Source: Candidatus Moraniibacteriota bacterium (GTDB lineage Bacteria > Patescibacteriota > Minisyncoccia > Moranbacterales > UBA2206). From it: DNA of 64,000 bases. The DNA lies in NCBI GenBank assembly GCA_049303905.1, contig JBAQNP010000005.1, positions 61,655-125,654 on the forward strand. The letters are read 5' to 3'. The translations under genes were made by a program, and so were the position numbers. Positions 28,798-38,341 of this stretch are shown here, piece by piece; position 1 is the first letter of the stretch, and every line of letters starts with the position of its first letter. The notes beneath the pieces are model-generated. The model searched no databases and had not been told where the DNA came from. It saw only the letters and a list, made by a program, of their open reading frames with translations.

Positions 28798-30159
28798 TTA
28801 TTGTTTATTCTTGAGGTTGACTATATTCCCCGGTGGCACATCGGTTTTTCGCATATTTTGCGAGGAAATTCGCATTGGCTGAGGCCCTGGATTAGGCAAT
28901 GGTTGTTGTATGGGTTGAATAGTCTGTTTTTCATAGGGCAATTTTTGCGGAGAACTGAAATTAATGTTGCCGGCATTTCTATTTTCGGTAGCCATTCTTT
29001 CTTCTTTGAAAATATCTTTTGGTTTTACTTCTTGTTTTTGAGAATTATAAACTTCTTGAATATTTCTTTGCGGTGTTTGGTAAATCACTCTTGGAGGTTC
29101 GACCTCCCTTTTGGAGGTCGAACCTCCATTGGAAACGGCTTGCTCGTGTCTTGAAAAAACTATTTGTTTTGTGTTCACATTAACATCCACCAAGGAATTT
29201 TCGTCATAAGCCTTTAAAAGAAAAGAAATTTTTTCACGGTCAGTTGAGTTCAAAACCTTGGCATTTTCATTGCGGAAAAGGTATGTTCCGCGATCCATGG
29301 CACTGTGTGATTCAAAACCGAGGCTGAAAGTGTAATCCGAAAGCCAATTACTGATTGATGGTCGCACCGGTTCTGGAAAATTTTTGAGTTTGATGCGCAT
29401 TGAAGTGACAAGTTGTTCACCAATTTCGGGAAATTTTTTGAGAGCGTCGGGAAGGAAGAGTTGTTCGATTTTTGTTTGTTCTTCCTGACTGTTAGAAATA
29501 GAGTTTTGAGGGATATAATTATGTAGGGTTTGGGGTTGTGGAGAAGAAAAATTCTGGGATGATTGATGATTGGAATTTAGAATTGCATCAAGTGTTGGTC
29601 CTGTAGCTGGTAAGGTAGTGACAAGCAAATAGTCATAAATATGAATAAACTCTTTGAGGCGACTTTTTTCAATAGGATTTAATGATATAGCATTTCGGTT
29701 GGTGTTTACGAAATCAACTGAAGCTGATAAATTTCTGGTTTTGATGTTATGATTTTTCTCAAATTCTGCTATCCATTCCGAGACTGTAAGCGATCCAAGT
29801 TTTTGTTGATTTTCCATAAGTGCTTGTTTGAGTTTTTGTCTGAGGGCATCACGAGGAATTTCTGGGACTAGAAATAATTTTACAGTCAATCTATTTTCCA
29901 TATCAATTTCTGCATCAAAAGAAGAAAGAAAATTATCTCTTAAAACTCTAGCTGTTTCTTCATCGGAAAGTTGTGGAATAGCGGTTAGATTAAGATAGAT
30001 GAGGATTTTTTGTAATTTCTCAAATAAGACAGGATTATTTTTTTGCACATTTTCTGACGCTAAAAAATCTCGCACATCCTTGATGAGTTTTTTTGCTTCC
30101 ACATCATCATAATGATGAATAGCATCATTCGAATTTTTTATAAAATCATTTGTTAACAT
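28798..30159 (-). CDS. Hypothetical protein within the T4SS-like cluster
   Basis: 453-aa ORF with no TM segment. The C-terminus is Gln/Pro-rich. Confidence 0.45.
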   Translation of the reverse strand: MLTNDFIKNSNDAIHHYDDVEAKKLIKDVRDFLASENVQKNNPVLFEKLQKILIYLNLTAIPQLSDEETARVLRDNFLSSFDAEIDMENRLTVKLFLVPEIPRDALRQKLKQALMENQQKLGSLTVSEWIAEFEKNHNIKTRNLSASVDFVNTNRNAISLNPIEKSRLKEFIHIYDYLLVTTLPATGPTLDAILNSNHQSSQNFSSPQPQTLHNYIPQNSISNSQEEQTKIEQLFLPDALKKFPEIGEQLVTSMRIKLKNFPEPVRPSISNWLSDYTFSLGFESHSAMDRGTYLFRNENAKVLNSTDREKISFLLKAYDENSLVDVNVNTKQIVFSRHEQAVSNGGSTSKREVEPPRVIYQTPQRNIQEVYNSQKQEVKPKDIFKEERMATENRNAGNINFSSPQKLPYEKQTIQPIQQPLPNPGPQPMRISSQNMRKTDVPPGNIVNLKNKQ

Positions 30160-30171
30160 AAAATATTTTAT

Positions 30172-32385
30172 CTATGGCTTAAAATTAGGATCATTTTTAA
30201 ATCCATCTACCCTTCTAATAAACTCATCAATTATTCCAGCTTGAGTTGGATTCGCAGTTCTAATTGAATTGGCGTGAGTTCGCATCTCAGGAATTTTTTG
30301 AGACATTCTATCAAAAAAATCTTTTCTGGCTCGGTTTAATTGACCTAATTCAGAAGGTGTCAGAGATTCAAGTTGCTTAAACCCAATTCCATGAATATTG
30401 CCAGTAGTTCCATCCGCATTTTGTTGTAAAAATGAATTCCAATGCCACAAGTCAGTTTTTGTTTGAGCTTTTATATTAGAAGCTTTTCCGGCTGCCATTG
30501 CAAATTGACCTGAATCAGCTCCTGTTGCTGGATCTAAATCGATATCTTCATTTTTTTGATATTTTCCTGTTTTTATATTAAACTTGCCCATTCCAAAGAG
30601 TTGAAAATTTCCTTTTCCGAATGAAATCTCTCCAATATCTGCTAATTGTTTTGCTGCTTGTTCTTTTGACATTCCTGATTTAGTTAATTGTGCGTATATT
30701 CTCTCCCTAACATTTGTTGGATCCATTGTATCTCCTTCTTCTTGCATAAAATCATTGAGATCATTATTTGATGCAATAATACGAAGTGTTGCTGACATTT
30801 TTTCATGATCACCAGCGCTTCTCGCCTTTTTGTATTCATTATAGAGATATCGAAAATCAGTACTAGTGCTTTGTAATTCCTTTTCTTTAGTGGCAATATT
30901 TCCTTGAATTGCAGTGTCTTTGAAATTTGTTTGCTCACCACTAATTTTATTTAATTTATCTCTCCATGATCCAGTAGCAATTTTGAAAGCTTTTCTTTCT
31001 TTTTCTGCTGTATTTTCTTTCCAGGCGGTTTTGAAAGCGGTTGGGCTTGCCCACCACATGTATTTGCTTTTTGCTAAGCCTCGATCTGTTTTTTTCAAAA
31101 GAGTAGACCCGCCCCATTTACCTGCCCTGACTGGCCAGTTCATGACTTTTTTCCCTTGACCGACTACCGCGCCTGCTCCGACAGCGCTCATTGATTGAGC
31201 GACGCCAATTCCCATCCAAAGAATAACGATTGGAATAGTGAAAAATGAAATACTAGCTATAAAATCTGGATTATCAGTTTGACTAGCGGCTATTTTTTGC
31301 ATAGAACCCATTCCACTTTTTCCAATCTCAGTCATCATTCCAGAGGCGATATACATCATAAATAGCATTATTGGCCCAAAAAAAGCATAATTGAAAAGTT
31401 TTTTCCACCAATCTGAGGCATAGGAAGAAAGTTGTGGAATGGCAGCTCCGACAAAAGCCAGAGAAGAAAAAATAATGAGTATTGCTAATGCAATTGTTCG
31501 CAAAACAAAGAGAACGGTGATAGTTACTATGGTTACGGCAAAGATAAAAACAAAAATAACAGCTGCAAGTAAGTATGTTGAATCAAAGGAACCAATTTCA
31601 TTATGAATAATTTCTGGTAATTTAGCAGCGCCAGCAAAATCAACCATTGTTCTTGCGCCATTGATTCCAAGGGCATCGGCAAAATAAAACATCATCACAT
31701 TAGAAACATCAATAATGAAGCGAGAAATAGGAAAGCTAAAATTGACTAAAAGTGCCATAATCACAATCCATAACAATGTTTTTTTGTAATTATATTTGTC
31801 AACTTGAAAAACAGTAGCAAAAGCGCTAAAAAGCAAAAACATAATAAATGAAACATTAAGCACATCGCGGACCATTGTCCAAGCATTATAAACGGAATTA
31901 TTGTTTATAACAGCAGTGACATTTTCTGGTTTCATTATCCATTCAAAAAGAGAAGCCGCAGATTCCATTAGCCATACCATGAGATTTAACAACATAAGCA
32001 GAGTACAATTCATGATGTTTTTACTAAATTCAGGGAGCGTACAAGAATCTGGACTAGGGTTAAGGGTAGTAGATGCACTATTATAGTTGCCAAGGCCAAT
32101 ATTAGAATCGGAATTGTCATCAAATGCACAATTGTCGGAAGCAACATTTTTAGCTTTGCACAAATCTTGACATTTTGCTTGTGTGACATTTTCTCCTAAT
32201 GGAGTATTTATAACATCAACTCTTTCGAAACAGTCTCCGAGAGGTTCTTCTGCTTTTGCCTTCTCCCCTTTCCCAAACCCAAAACCAATCACCAATATAA
32301 AAATGATAGCTAGTAAAATTTTGCGGGGATTTGTTTTTATGTGTGTTTGTTGGGACATGTATCTTATAAAATTTTCAATTTTCAA
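30172..32385 (-). CDS. Large polytopic membrane protein, VirB6/TrbL-like candidate
   Basis: Signal peptide. A Cys-containing extracytoplasmic domain. About 7 TM helices centrally. A C-terminal soluble domain. This topology is typical of Gram-positive VirB6 homologs. Confidence 0.4.
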   Translation of the reverse strand: MKIENFIRYMSQQTHIKTNPRKILLAIIFILVIGFGFGKGEKAKAEEPLGDCFERVDVINTPLGENVTQAKCQDLCKAKNVASDNCAFDDNSDSNIGLGNYNSASTTLNPSPDSCTLPEFSKNIMNCTLLMLLNLMVWLMESAASLFEWIMKPENVTAVINNNSVYNAWTMVRDVLNVSFIMFLLFSAFATVFQVDKYNYKKTLLWIVIMALLVNFSFPISRFIIDVSNVMMFYFADALGINGARTMVDFAGAAKLPEIIHNEIGSFDSTYLLAAVIFVFIFAVTIVTITVLFVLRTIALAILIIFSSLAFVGAAIPQLSSYASDWWKKLFNYAFFGPIMLFMMYIASGMMTEIGKSGMGSMQKIAASQTDNPDFIASISFFTIPIVILWMGIGVAQSMSAVGAGAVVGQGKKVMNWPVRAGKWGGSTLLKKTDRGLAKSKYMWWASPTAFKTAWKENTAEKERKAFKIATGSWRDKLNKISGEQTNFKDTAIQGNIATKEKELQSTSTDFRYLYNEYKKARSAGDHEKMSATLRIIASNNDLNDFMQEEGDTMDPTNVRERIYAQLTKSGMSKEQAAKQLADIGEISFGKGNFQLFGMGKFNIKTGKYQKNEDIDLDPATGADSGQFAMAAGKASNIKAQTKTDLWHWNSFLQQNADGTTGNIHGIGFKQLESLTPSELGQLNRARKDFFDRMSQKIPEMRTHANSIRTANPTQAGIIDEFIRRVDGFKNDPNFKP

Positions 32386-32492
32386 TTATCAAATATCTCT
32401 GGTTTGAAATTTTTTACTTAAAAATTCATTGAAAATTGAAAACTGAAGCTTGTTTTTGTATTTTGTTCGTTTCATTCGCATGTGGTTCGCCC

Positions 32493-32533
32493 GCCTCGAC
32501 TCGCGGAGACCGCTTGTCGACGCGAGGCGGGTA
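32493..32533. repeat. GC-rich ~42-bp palindromic element (CCCGCCTCG…GTCGACG…CGAGGCGGG)
   Basis: It stands out in an AT-rich genome. Near-identical copies at 43778-43819 and 60967-61013 (reverse complement). Confidence 0.75.
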
Positions 32534-32551
32534 GATTTGCGTCGCTATATA

Positions 32552-33550
32552 TTATAAAACAGTATCCCCGATTGATTTTTTTATATCAGTAGCTGTTTGT
32601 CCGGAATTTTTCACGGCGTCCACTCCGAATCTGGCGGCTGGACCGTAGGTGGTCATAGCGGAACTGGCGGCGCCGGTATATTTGGTTGCGCCGGCGGTAG
32701 CTTTGGCTGTTTTTGATTTGACACTCACAAATCCTTGCATAACCAGGCGACTAGTCATCTGAGTGACCAAGGCAGTGGCGATTTCCGGAACGCTAGAGGC
32801 GGCTTCCAAAAGGCGATCAGGCATAGTTTGCTTGCTGTTCATCAGTGCCCCGACGGTGCTTCCAGGCATAGTTTCTGTACCAGGAGAATCTCCAGGAACT
32901 CCCAAATATCCTCCACCGGCAATACCTTTGGCCATAGCGATTTTTTCTTCATTTTCAAGTACTCTTTGACGTTCAGTTTGAAGTGTCGTATAAACACCAG
33001 GTAAATAATTTGGTCTTTTAACAGAATTTCCTAGATTTTTAAAAGTGCCACTTTGAAGTGCTTGCCGTGGATTACCCTCATAGGTCACTTGAGGATTTTT
33101 AGCGTTTCCTAATAATTGGCCAACTTGTCCTAATTGAGCCGCATAATTATTTGGTCCGGAAAAACCTTCGGTGGAATAGAGAGAGGAAGAATTTCTTCCA
33201 CGAGTCATTTGACTGATATAGTCGTTCATATATAAATTTGTTTTGTTTTGTGGTTCGTTGATCAAATAATCTTCCCAATTGACAATAAAAGATGCTTGTC
33301 CACCAGCACCTCGTCCCGCCAAGGCGTCAACTTGCATACTGAGCATTATAACGGCTTGTTGCTTCAGTGTACCAACCATAAGACCATCTATCATATCCTC
33401 TATTATCATTAGTCCTTCCATAATAGCCGGATCAAGTCCTGGAATCCAAGCTGCCTGAGTTTTAGGCACACTGGAAAAGCAGAAAATTACTAGTATAAAA
33501 ACTATTAAAAATATTTTTATTATAATTTTATTTTTATAACGAAAAAACAT
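32552..33550 (-). CDS. Secreted hypothetical protein
   Basis: N-terminal signal peptide. Ala/Gly/Thr-rich. No recognisable family. Confidence 0.45.
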   Translation of the reverse strand: MFFRYKNKIIIKIFLIVFILVIFCFSSVPKTQAAWIPGLDPAIMEGLMIIEDMIDGLMVGTLKQQAVIMLSMQVDALAGRGAGGQASFIVNWEDYLINEPQNKTNLYMNDYISQMTRGRNSSSLYSTEGFSGPNNYAAQLGQVGQLLGNAKNPQVTYEGNPRQALQSGTFKNLGNSVKRPNYLPGVYTTLQTERQRVLENEEKIAMAKGIAGGGYLGVPGDSPGTETMPGSTVGALMNSKQTMPDRLLEAASSVPEIATALVTQMTSRLVMQGFVSVKSKTAKATAGATKYTGAASSAMTTYGPAARFGVDAVKNSGQTATDIKKSIGDTVL

Positions 33551-33564
33551 AATTTTTTTGTACT

Positions 33565-34584
33565 TTATTTTTCAAAAATATCCATACTAATCCCTTTGTC
33601 ATTTAGTTTGTTTTGAACATTCTCAGAATCAATGCCATAATCATTTAGTTTGGTTTGAATTTCATCATAAAAACTATTCAGGCTTTGCACAAAAGTTGCA
33701 ATTTTCGAGTAGTTTGCCAGATTTGATAACGGATCGGCTGGATCAATCTTGATTAAATTTTTCAAGTCCTGAGCATAGAGTCCATATTGCAAGGCTTTTA
33801 TCTGAGTATCAACCAAATCCTCCGGCACTTCCACTTCTTTTAGTTGTTCATAAATTTTTTTCCCGCTTTGGCTAAGATCAGTAAGATTGGCCGGATCGCC
33901 GGAAGTCAAGGAAGAAGAAATTTGAGTGACAATTTGATTTATCACGGCATTTGTGTCTGAAGCAGAAGTGAGTGGTTTGGGAGAATTGCTAGTGAAAATA
34001 TAGAGAATGGAAACAAAATAATTTGTAGCATCCTCCTTCATTTTTTCTTTGGCTTTTTCTTTGCTTAAATTTCCATAATTTTGTTTCAATATTTTTATGG
34101 AATCTTTGGAAATTTCTGGCAGTTCACTTTTGAGATTTTCGCCATTCATAATGGAGTCTAGGAGTGTCTGAACTTCCTCCATACCAATTTCTTGTTTGTC
34201 TACATCTTTTTCATTAGTTAGCACGGATATTTTTTGGGCCACATCTTGGGTTAGGTTTTGTTTTTCTTTTTTTGTATCAGTGCTTTCTCCTTTGACAGCT
34301 GGAACTAGGGAAGCAGTGAGTTTATCTCCGGGAGCTTTTTTTAGTGGGTCATACCCTGCTTTTATTTCAGCGCCGTCAGAATATCCATCGCCGTCCGTGT
34401 CAGCTTTTTTTGCGTCAGTACCATAAGTTTTTTCTTCCGCATCAGTGAGACCATCTTGATCAGAGTCGAGAAAAATATTTTTTGTGCCATTAGAATTTTC
34501 AGTGGCGCTCACAAAAAAAGCCAAGCTTAAAGACAATAAGCTCACTAGTATTAGTAGGGTTGCGTTGATATTTTTCAGTTTCAT
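33565..34584 (-). CDS. Secreted protein with thrombospondin-type-3-like Ca-binding repeats
   Basis: Signal peptide after Met27. Repeats DSDQDGLTDAEE / DTDGDGYSDGAE. The ORF-track N-terminal extension (MVGDKL…) runs through the palindromic repeat and is an artefact. Confidence 0.5.
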   Translation of the reverse strand: MKLKNINATLLILVSLLSLSLAFFVSATENSNGTKNIFLDSDQDGLTDAEEKTYGTDAKKADTDGDGYSDGAEIKAGYDPLKKAPGDKLTASLVPAVKGESTDTKKEKQNLTQDVAQKISVLTNEKDVDKQEIGMEEVQTLLDSIMNGENLKSELPEISKDSIKILKQNYGNLSKEKAKEKMKEDATNYFVSILYIFTSNSPKPLTSASDTNAVINQIVTQISSSLTSGDPANLTDLSQSGKKIYEQLKEVEVPEDLVDTQIKALQYGLYAQDLKNLIKIDPADPLSNLANYSKIATFVQSLNSFYDEIQTKLNDYGIDSENVQNKLNDKGISMDIFEK

Positions 34585-34646
34585 AATTGCAAATAAATTA
34601 TACCATAAAAAAGAAAAATTTAAAACAAATTTTAGGGTGTGGATAA

Positions 34647-34761
34647 GTTTATCCCCCACCACTTTTAGTTTTGTTTATTTTAATTAAATTCATTAAATTA
34701 ACTAAAAGGGTTTAAATTTACATTTTTATACAAAAATCTCATAAACTAAAAGTGGTGGGGG
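34647..34761. repeat. Second copy of the C-rich palindromic element (ATCCCCCACCACTTTTAG … CTAAAAGTGGTGGGGGAT)
   Basis: 18-bp perfect inverted repeat around a 75-bp AT-rich spacer. Preceded by TGTGGATAA (34637-34645). Lies in a divergent promoter region. Confidence 0.8.
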
Positions 34762-34810
34762 ATTTGCTCTGGGGGTGTACTTTTTCAAAATTATTTGCTA
34801 GATTTAGATT

Positions 34811-36442
34811 ATGAATAAGCTTAAAAAAATAGAAAATTTCTTGGATAGTTTGCTTGAAAAAAAAGCCAATCTTTCATCTTGGACGATGGCTTTTTTGAGT
34901 ATTATTTTCATAAGAATTTTTATTGAGCAGTTTTTGGCCATATCTAAGCCAATTTTGCCCTATGAGGTCGTAATTGAATATGTGCAAAGTTTTTATTTTT
35001 TTTCTTTGGTAATAGTCCTTTTTTGGCTTATATTAAGCCTTATTTTGAAAATAAAACCACAAAAACTATCTTTTGTGCTCATTTTTTCTCTGCTTTTAGT
35101 TCCTCTTCCTCCGCTTATTGATATAGCTAGAACAGGAGGAGAGGCTTATTGGAGTTTTTACCTCTTTAGCTCCCCATCTGATTTGTGGCTTCAATACCGA
35201 ACTATTTTTGGTCATTTGCCTAGTGCCATTGTTTATTTTGGAACTAAGATAATTTTTCTCTTGGTTATTTTTTTGCTAGTACTTTTGATATGGCTAAAAA
35301 CAAAAAACTATATTAAAACGATATTTAGCGCTGTTATGATTTACTCGATACTGTTCTTTATGGGTGGTTTCCCTTCTTTCTTCTATTATGGTTATAATTT
35401 TATTTTTGGAACAAAAAAATTCATTGAGATAAAATCTTTCGAAATTTTTGAATTTTTTGGTTCGCCGAATATGATTTTAGGAGTGAATTTCCAAAATTTC
35501 AAATATTCAGTGGCCTATCGCCTAGATTTTATTTATTTTCTTTTGCTAATCGCCTTACTTCTAATTTTATTTTGGTGGATTGATCGGCAAAAATTCATCG
35601 CAGTCTGGAAAAATGCTCGTTTCCCTCAGCTGGCCTATCATAGCGGACTTTTTTTCGTTGGAATTGCGATTGGTGCTTTGAACTATCCGCATAATTTGCG
35701 CTTTGATTTGTTTTCTATTTTTTCAATCTTAGTATTACTTATTAGCGTCTGGCTAGCCTGGCTCGCGTCAGTGGTTGTGAATGATGTAAATGATTTAGAA
35801 ATAGATTCTATCTCTAATCCTGAGCGCCCCTTACAAAAAAGAATTTTCACGCGAGAAGAATATATCCACTTGGGCTGGGCCTTCTTTTTTCTTTCAATTT
35901 TAGGCACTCTTTCAATTGGCTTTTCTTTTATGATATTAGTTATTTTTTACCAAATAATTGCTTGGATATATTCAGCTCAACCTTTTCGTCTTAAGAAATT
36001 TCCAATAATTGGAACGCTTATGAGTTCTTTGGCGCTACTGATGATTTTATTTCTAGGTTATATATTAATGTCGGATGGTCAAACTATTCACACTTTGTCT
36101 ATTCGAATTATTTTTCTGATGCTTATTAGCGGAACGATTTGTTTGCCAATTAAAGATTTTAAAGATATCGCTGGCGACAAAAGTGACAACATTTGGACAC
36201 TACCAGTAATTTTTGGAGAAAAAAAAGCGCGTCTGATTGTGGCAATCAATTTGTTTGTTTCTTTCATGCTTAGCGTTTTTCTTCTTAATGAGCTGGGTCT
36301 TTTTTGGTGGGCGCTTATTTTTGGTACAATTGCTTTTCTAATTGTAGTGTCGGATAAAATAAAACCGCGCCAAATATTTTGGCCGGTCTTGGGAATTATT
36401 TTTATTTACGGATTGATTATGGTAAGGGTTTTATTCTTTTAA
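34811..36442 (+). CDS. UbiA-family prenyltransferase fused to an N-terminal polytopic membrane domain
   Basis: The C-terminal half carries NDVNDLEID (NDxxDxxxD) and a second DxxxD-type motif (DFKDIAGDKSD). Many TM helices. Confidence 0.55.
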   Translation: MNKLKKIENFLDSLLEKKANLSSWTMAFLSIIFIRIFIEQFLAISKPILPYEVVIEYVQSFYFFSLVIVLFWLILSLILKIKPQKLSFVLIFSLLLVPLPPLIDIARTGGEAYWSFYLFSSPSDLWLQYRTIFGHLPSAIVYFGTKIIFLLVIFLLVLLIWLKTKNYIKTIFSAVMIYSILFFMGGFPSFFYYGYNFIFGTKKFIEIKSFEIFEFFGSPNMILGVNFQNFKYSVAYRLDFIYFLLLIALLLILFWWIDRQKFIAVWKNARFPQLAYHSGLFFVGIAIGALNYPHNLRFDLFSIFSILVLLISVWLAWLASVVVNDVNDLEIDSISNPERPLQKRIFTREEYIHLGWAFFFLSILGTLSIGFSFMILVIFYQIIAWIYSAQPFRLKKFPIIGTLMSSLALLMILFLGYILMSDGQTIHTLSIRIIFLMLISGTICLPIKDFKDIAGDKSDNIWTLPVIFGEKKARLIVAINLFVSFMLSVFLLNELGLFWWALIFGTIAFLIVVSDKIKPRQIFWPVLGIIFIYGLIMVRVLFF

Positions 36443-36492
36443 AAATATTTAGTCATTGCGAAGGAGCGTAGCGACTGTGGCAATCTCGTATT

Positions 36493-37368
36493 TTAATCTT
36501 GAGATTGCTTCGCTTTGCTCGCAATGACAGGTAGGGAGTTGGCTATTTTTTTCCAATCCTCCACGCTTAGTTCTTGTGCTCTTTGTTTTGGCGTAATGCC
36601 AATTTTTTTTAGTTTTTCCTCTACTTCTTTTTTGTCTAATTTGAGACTAGCGGATAAATTATTGACCAGTGTTTTTCTTTTAGACGAAAATCCCGCCTTA
36701 ACAATTCTAAAAAAATTCCCAGCCCCCTTTTCTTTAGTAAGGGGAATGGTTGTGGACGAGGTAGTGGATTGAAAAGGAGTAATTTTTATCACTGCCGAAT
36801 CCACTTCTGGCACTGGAAAAAAACTTTCTTTGTCAACATAAAATAGTAATTCCGGCTTGGCATAGTATTGCACACTTACAGCTAGAATACTCATTTGTCC
36901 GGGATTACTACAAATACGCTCCGCTACTTCCTTTTGCACCATCAGAATCATTTCACTTGGTGGAAACTTAGTTTCTAGAAAGAGTTGGATAATGGGCGAA
37001 GTAATATAATATGGAATATTGGCAACAACTTTGTAATGAATTGTGCCACCTTCTCCTTTGTAAGGAGAGGGGCTGGGGGTGAGGTTTGAAATGATTTCTG
37101 GCAAATTAATTTTTAAAATATCAGCATTTATTATTTCTATTTTTTTACTATCCTTATATTGTTTTTTTAATTTATTAGCCAGAGCTCCATCAACCTCGAT
37201 AGCCAAAACCTTGCCAGCATGCTTAAATAATTTTTCCGTGAGCACACCTTTTCCTGGTCCAATTTCAATTACAAAATTGTCCGATTTTAAGTTGGCGGAT
37301 TGAATAATTTTTTCTAAAACAGTTGTATCTCTTAGAAAATTTTGTCCTAAAGATTTTATTGGTTTCAT
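36493..37368 (-). CDS. rsmA: 16S rRNA (adenine1518/1519-N6)-dimethyltransferase RsmA/KsgA, carrying an in-frame palindromic insertion
   Basis: SLGQNFL, EIGPGKGVLT and NIPYYITSPI are KsgA motifs. The segment LTPSPSPYKGEGG is encoded by the ~40-bp GC-rich palindromic element at 37048-37088. Confidence 0.85.
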   Translation of the reverse strand: MKPIKSLGQNFLRDTTVLEKIIQSANLKSDNFVIEIGPGKGVLTEKLFKHAGKVLAIEVDGALANKLKKQYKDSKKIEIINADILKINLPEIISNLTPSPSPYKGEGGTIHYKVVANIPYYITSPIIQLFLETKFPPSEMILMVQKEVAERICSNPGQMSILAVSVQYYAKPELLFYVDKESFFPVPEVDSAVIKITPFQSTTSSTTIPLTKEKGAGNFFRIVKAGFSSKRKTLVNNLSASLKLDKKEVEEKLKKIGITPKQRAQELSVEDWKKIANSLPVIASKAKQSQD

Positions 37369-37372
37369 AAAT

Positions 37373-38332
37373 TTAATTTAGCACTTCTTCGACTTTCACC
37401 CCAATCACGCCGGCGCCAAGACTTGCAATCTTAGCGAAAGCCACCTTATCTAAGTCAATTATACGCCCTTTTCCTTGTGGTCCATAGTCATTAATTTGCA
37501 CTACGATGGATTTGCCATTGGCGGTATTGGTCACTTTAGCATAATTTCCCTTGGGAATGGTAGTTGAAGCGGCAAACATTCCGCCTCTATAAGCATACCA
37601 TGTTCCTTGCCCTTTGGCAGCTCCGCCCAATTTCATATAAGTTCCTTGGGTTTCAATTTGAGATACAGGATCTTTCGTAATATTTTTTTCCAATACCACT
37701 CTGGAAATTTCTTTGCCATTTTTGTAAGTGATTTTATATTTTACTTCGATTATTCCTTTTTCTCCTTTTTGCGTGACTATTTTTTCTCTCCAACCAAGTT
37801 TGGAATCATTTTTGGCAATTGTTTTGAAATCGATATCTTCTTTTTCAATTTTTTCTTCCACGTTTATTCTAGTTACAATAATCTTAGAATTATTTTCTAC
37901 CGGATAGCTTAGACGTGGTTCGGTTTTGTCTAATCTTGTGAGGATAACATTATTTTCTTTCAAAGCTTCGCTGATATTTTTCCCTAACGCATAAGTTTCA
38001 ATTTCTTTTCCATCAACTTCAATTTTTATTTTCGCTGCTCTTCGAATTTCAATTTTTGAGCCGGAAAAAATTCTAGCATTAATTTCCGGAACGATTTGAT
38101 CATGCTCAGTTAATGCTATATTTTCATCTCTCAGAAAATCAGAAATTGAATTAGAAGAAGTAGAGGTTTTAAAAACCAAACCATTGTCGTGCAGAAGAAT
38201 TGTTTTTTTGTAATTTGGATTCTCAGAAAAAATTCTTTTCTTTGATAGAGGAGAAAATTTATATGTAAAAAACAAAAAAACTAAAATAAAAAATAACCAT
38301 AAAATTTTTCGCAATCTTTTTCGGGGTTTCAT
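37373..38332 (-). CDS. YabE-like cell-wall-binding protein with a 3D (RlpA-like DPBB) domain and a G5-like region
   Basis: The C-terminal 3D domain (…VQINDYGP…IDLDKVAFAKI…) matches. N-terminal TM segment. Adjacent to ksgA, as yabE is in Firmicutes. Confidence 0.6.
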   Translation of the reverse strand: MKPRKRLRKILWLFFILVFLFFTYKFSPLSKKRIFSENPNYKKTILLHDNGLVFKTSTSSNSISDFLRDENIALTEHDQIVPEINARIFSGSKIEIRRAAKIKIEVDGKEIETYALGKNISEALKENNVILTRLDKTEPRLSYPVENNSKIIVTRINVEEKIEKEDIDFKTIAKNDSKLGWREKIVTQKGEKGIIEVKYKITYKNGKEISRVVLEKNITKDPVSQIETQGTYMKLGGAAKGQGTWYAYRGGMFAASTTIPKGNYAKVTNTANGKSIVVQINDYGPQGKGRIIDLDKVAFAKIASLGAGVIGVKVEEVLN

Positions 38333-38341
38333 AATGTATGT

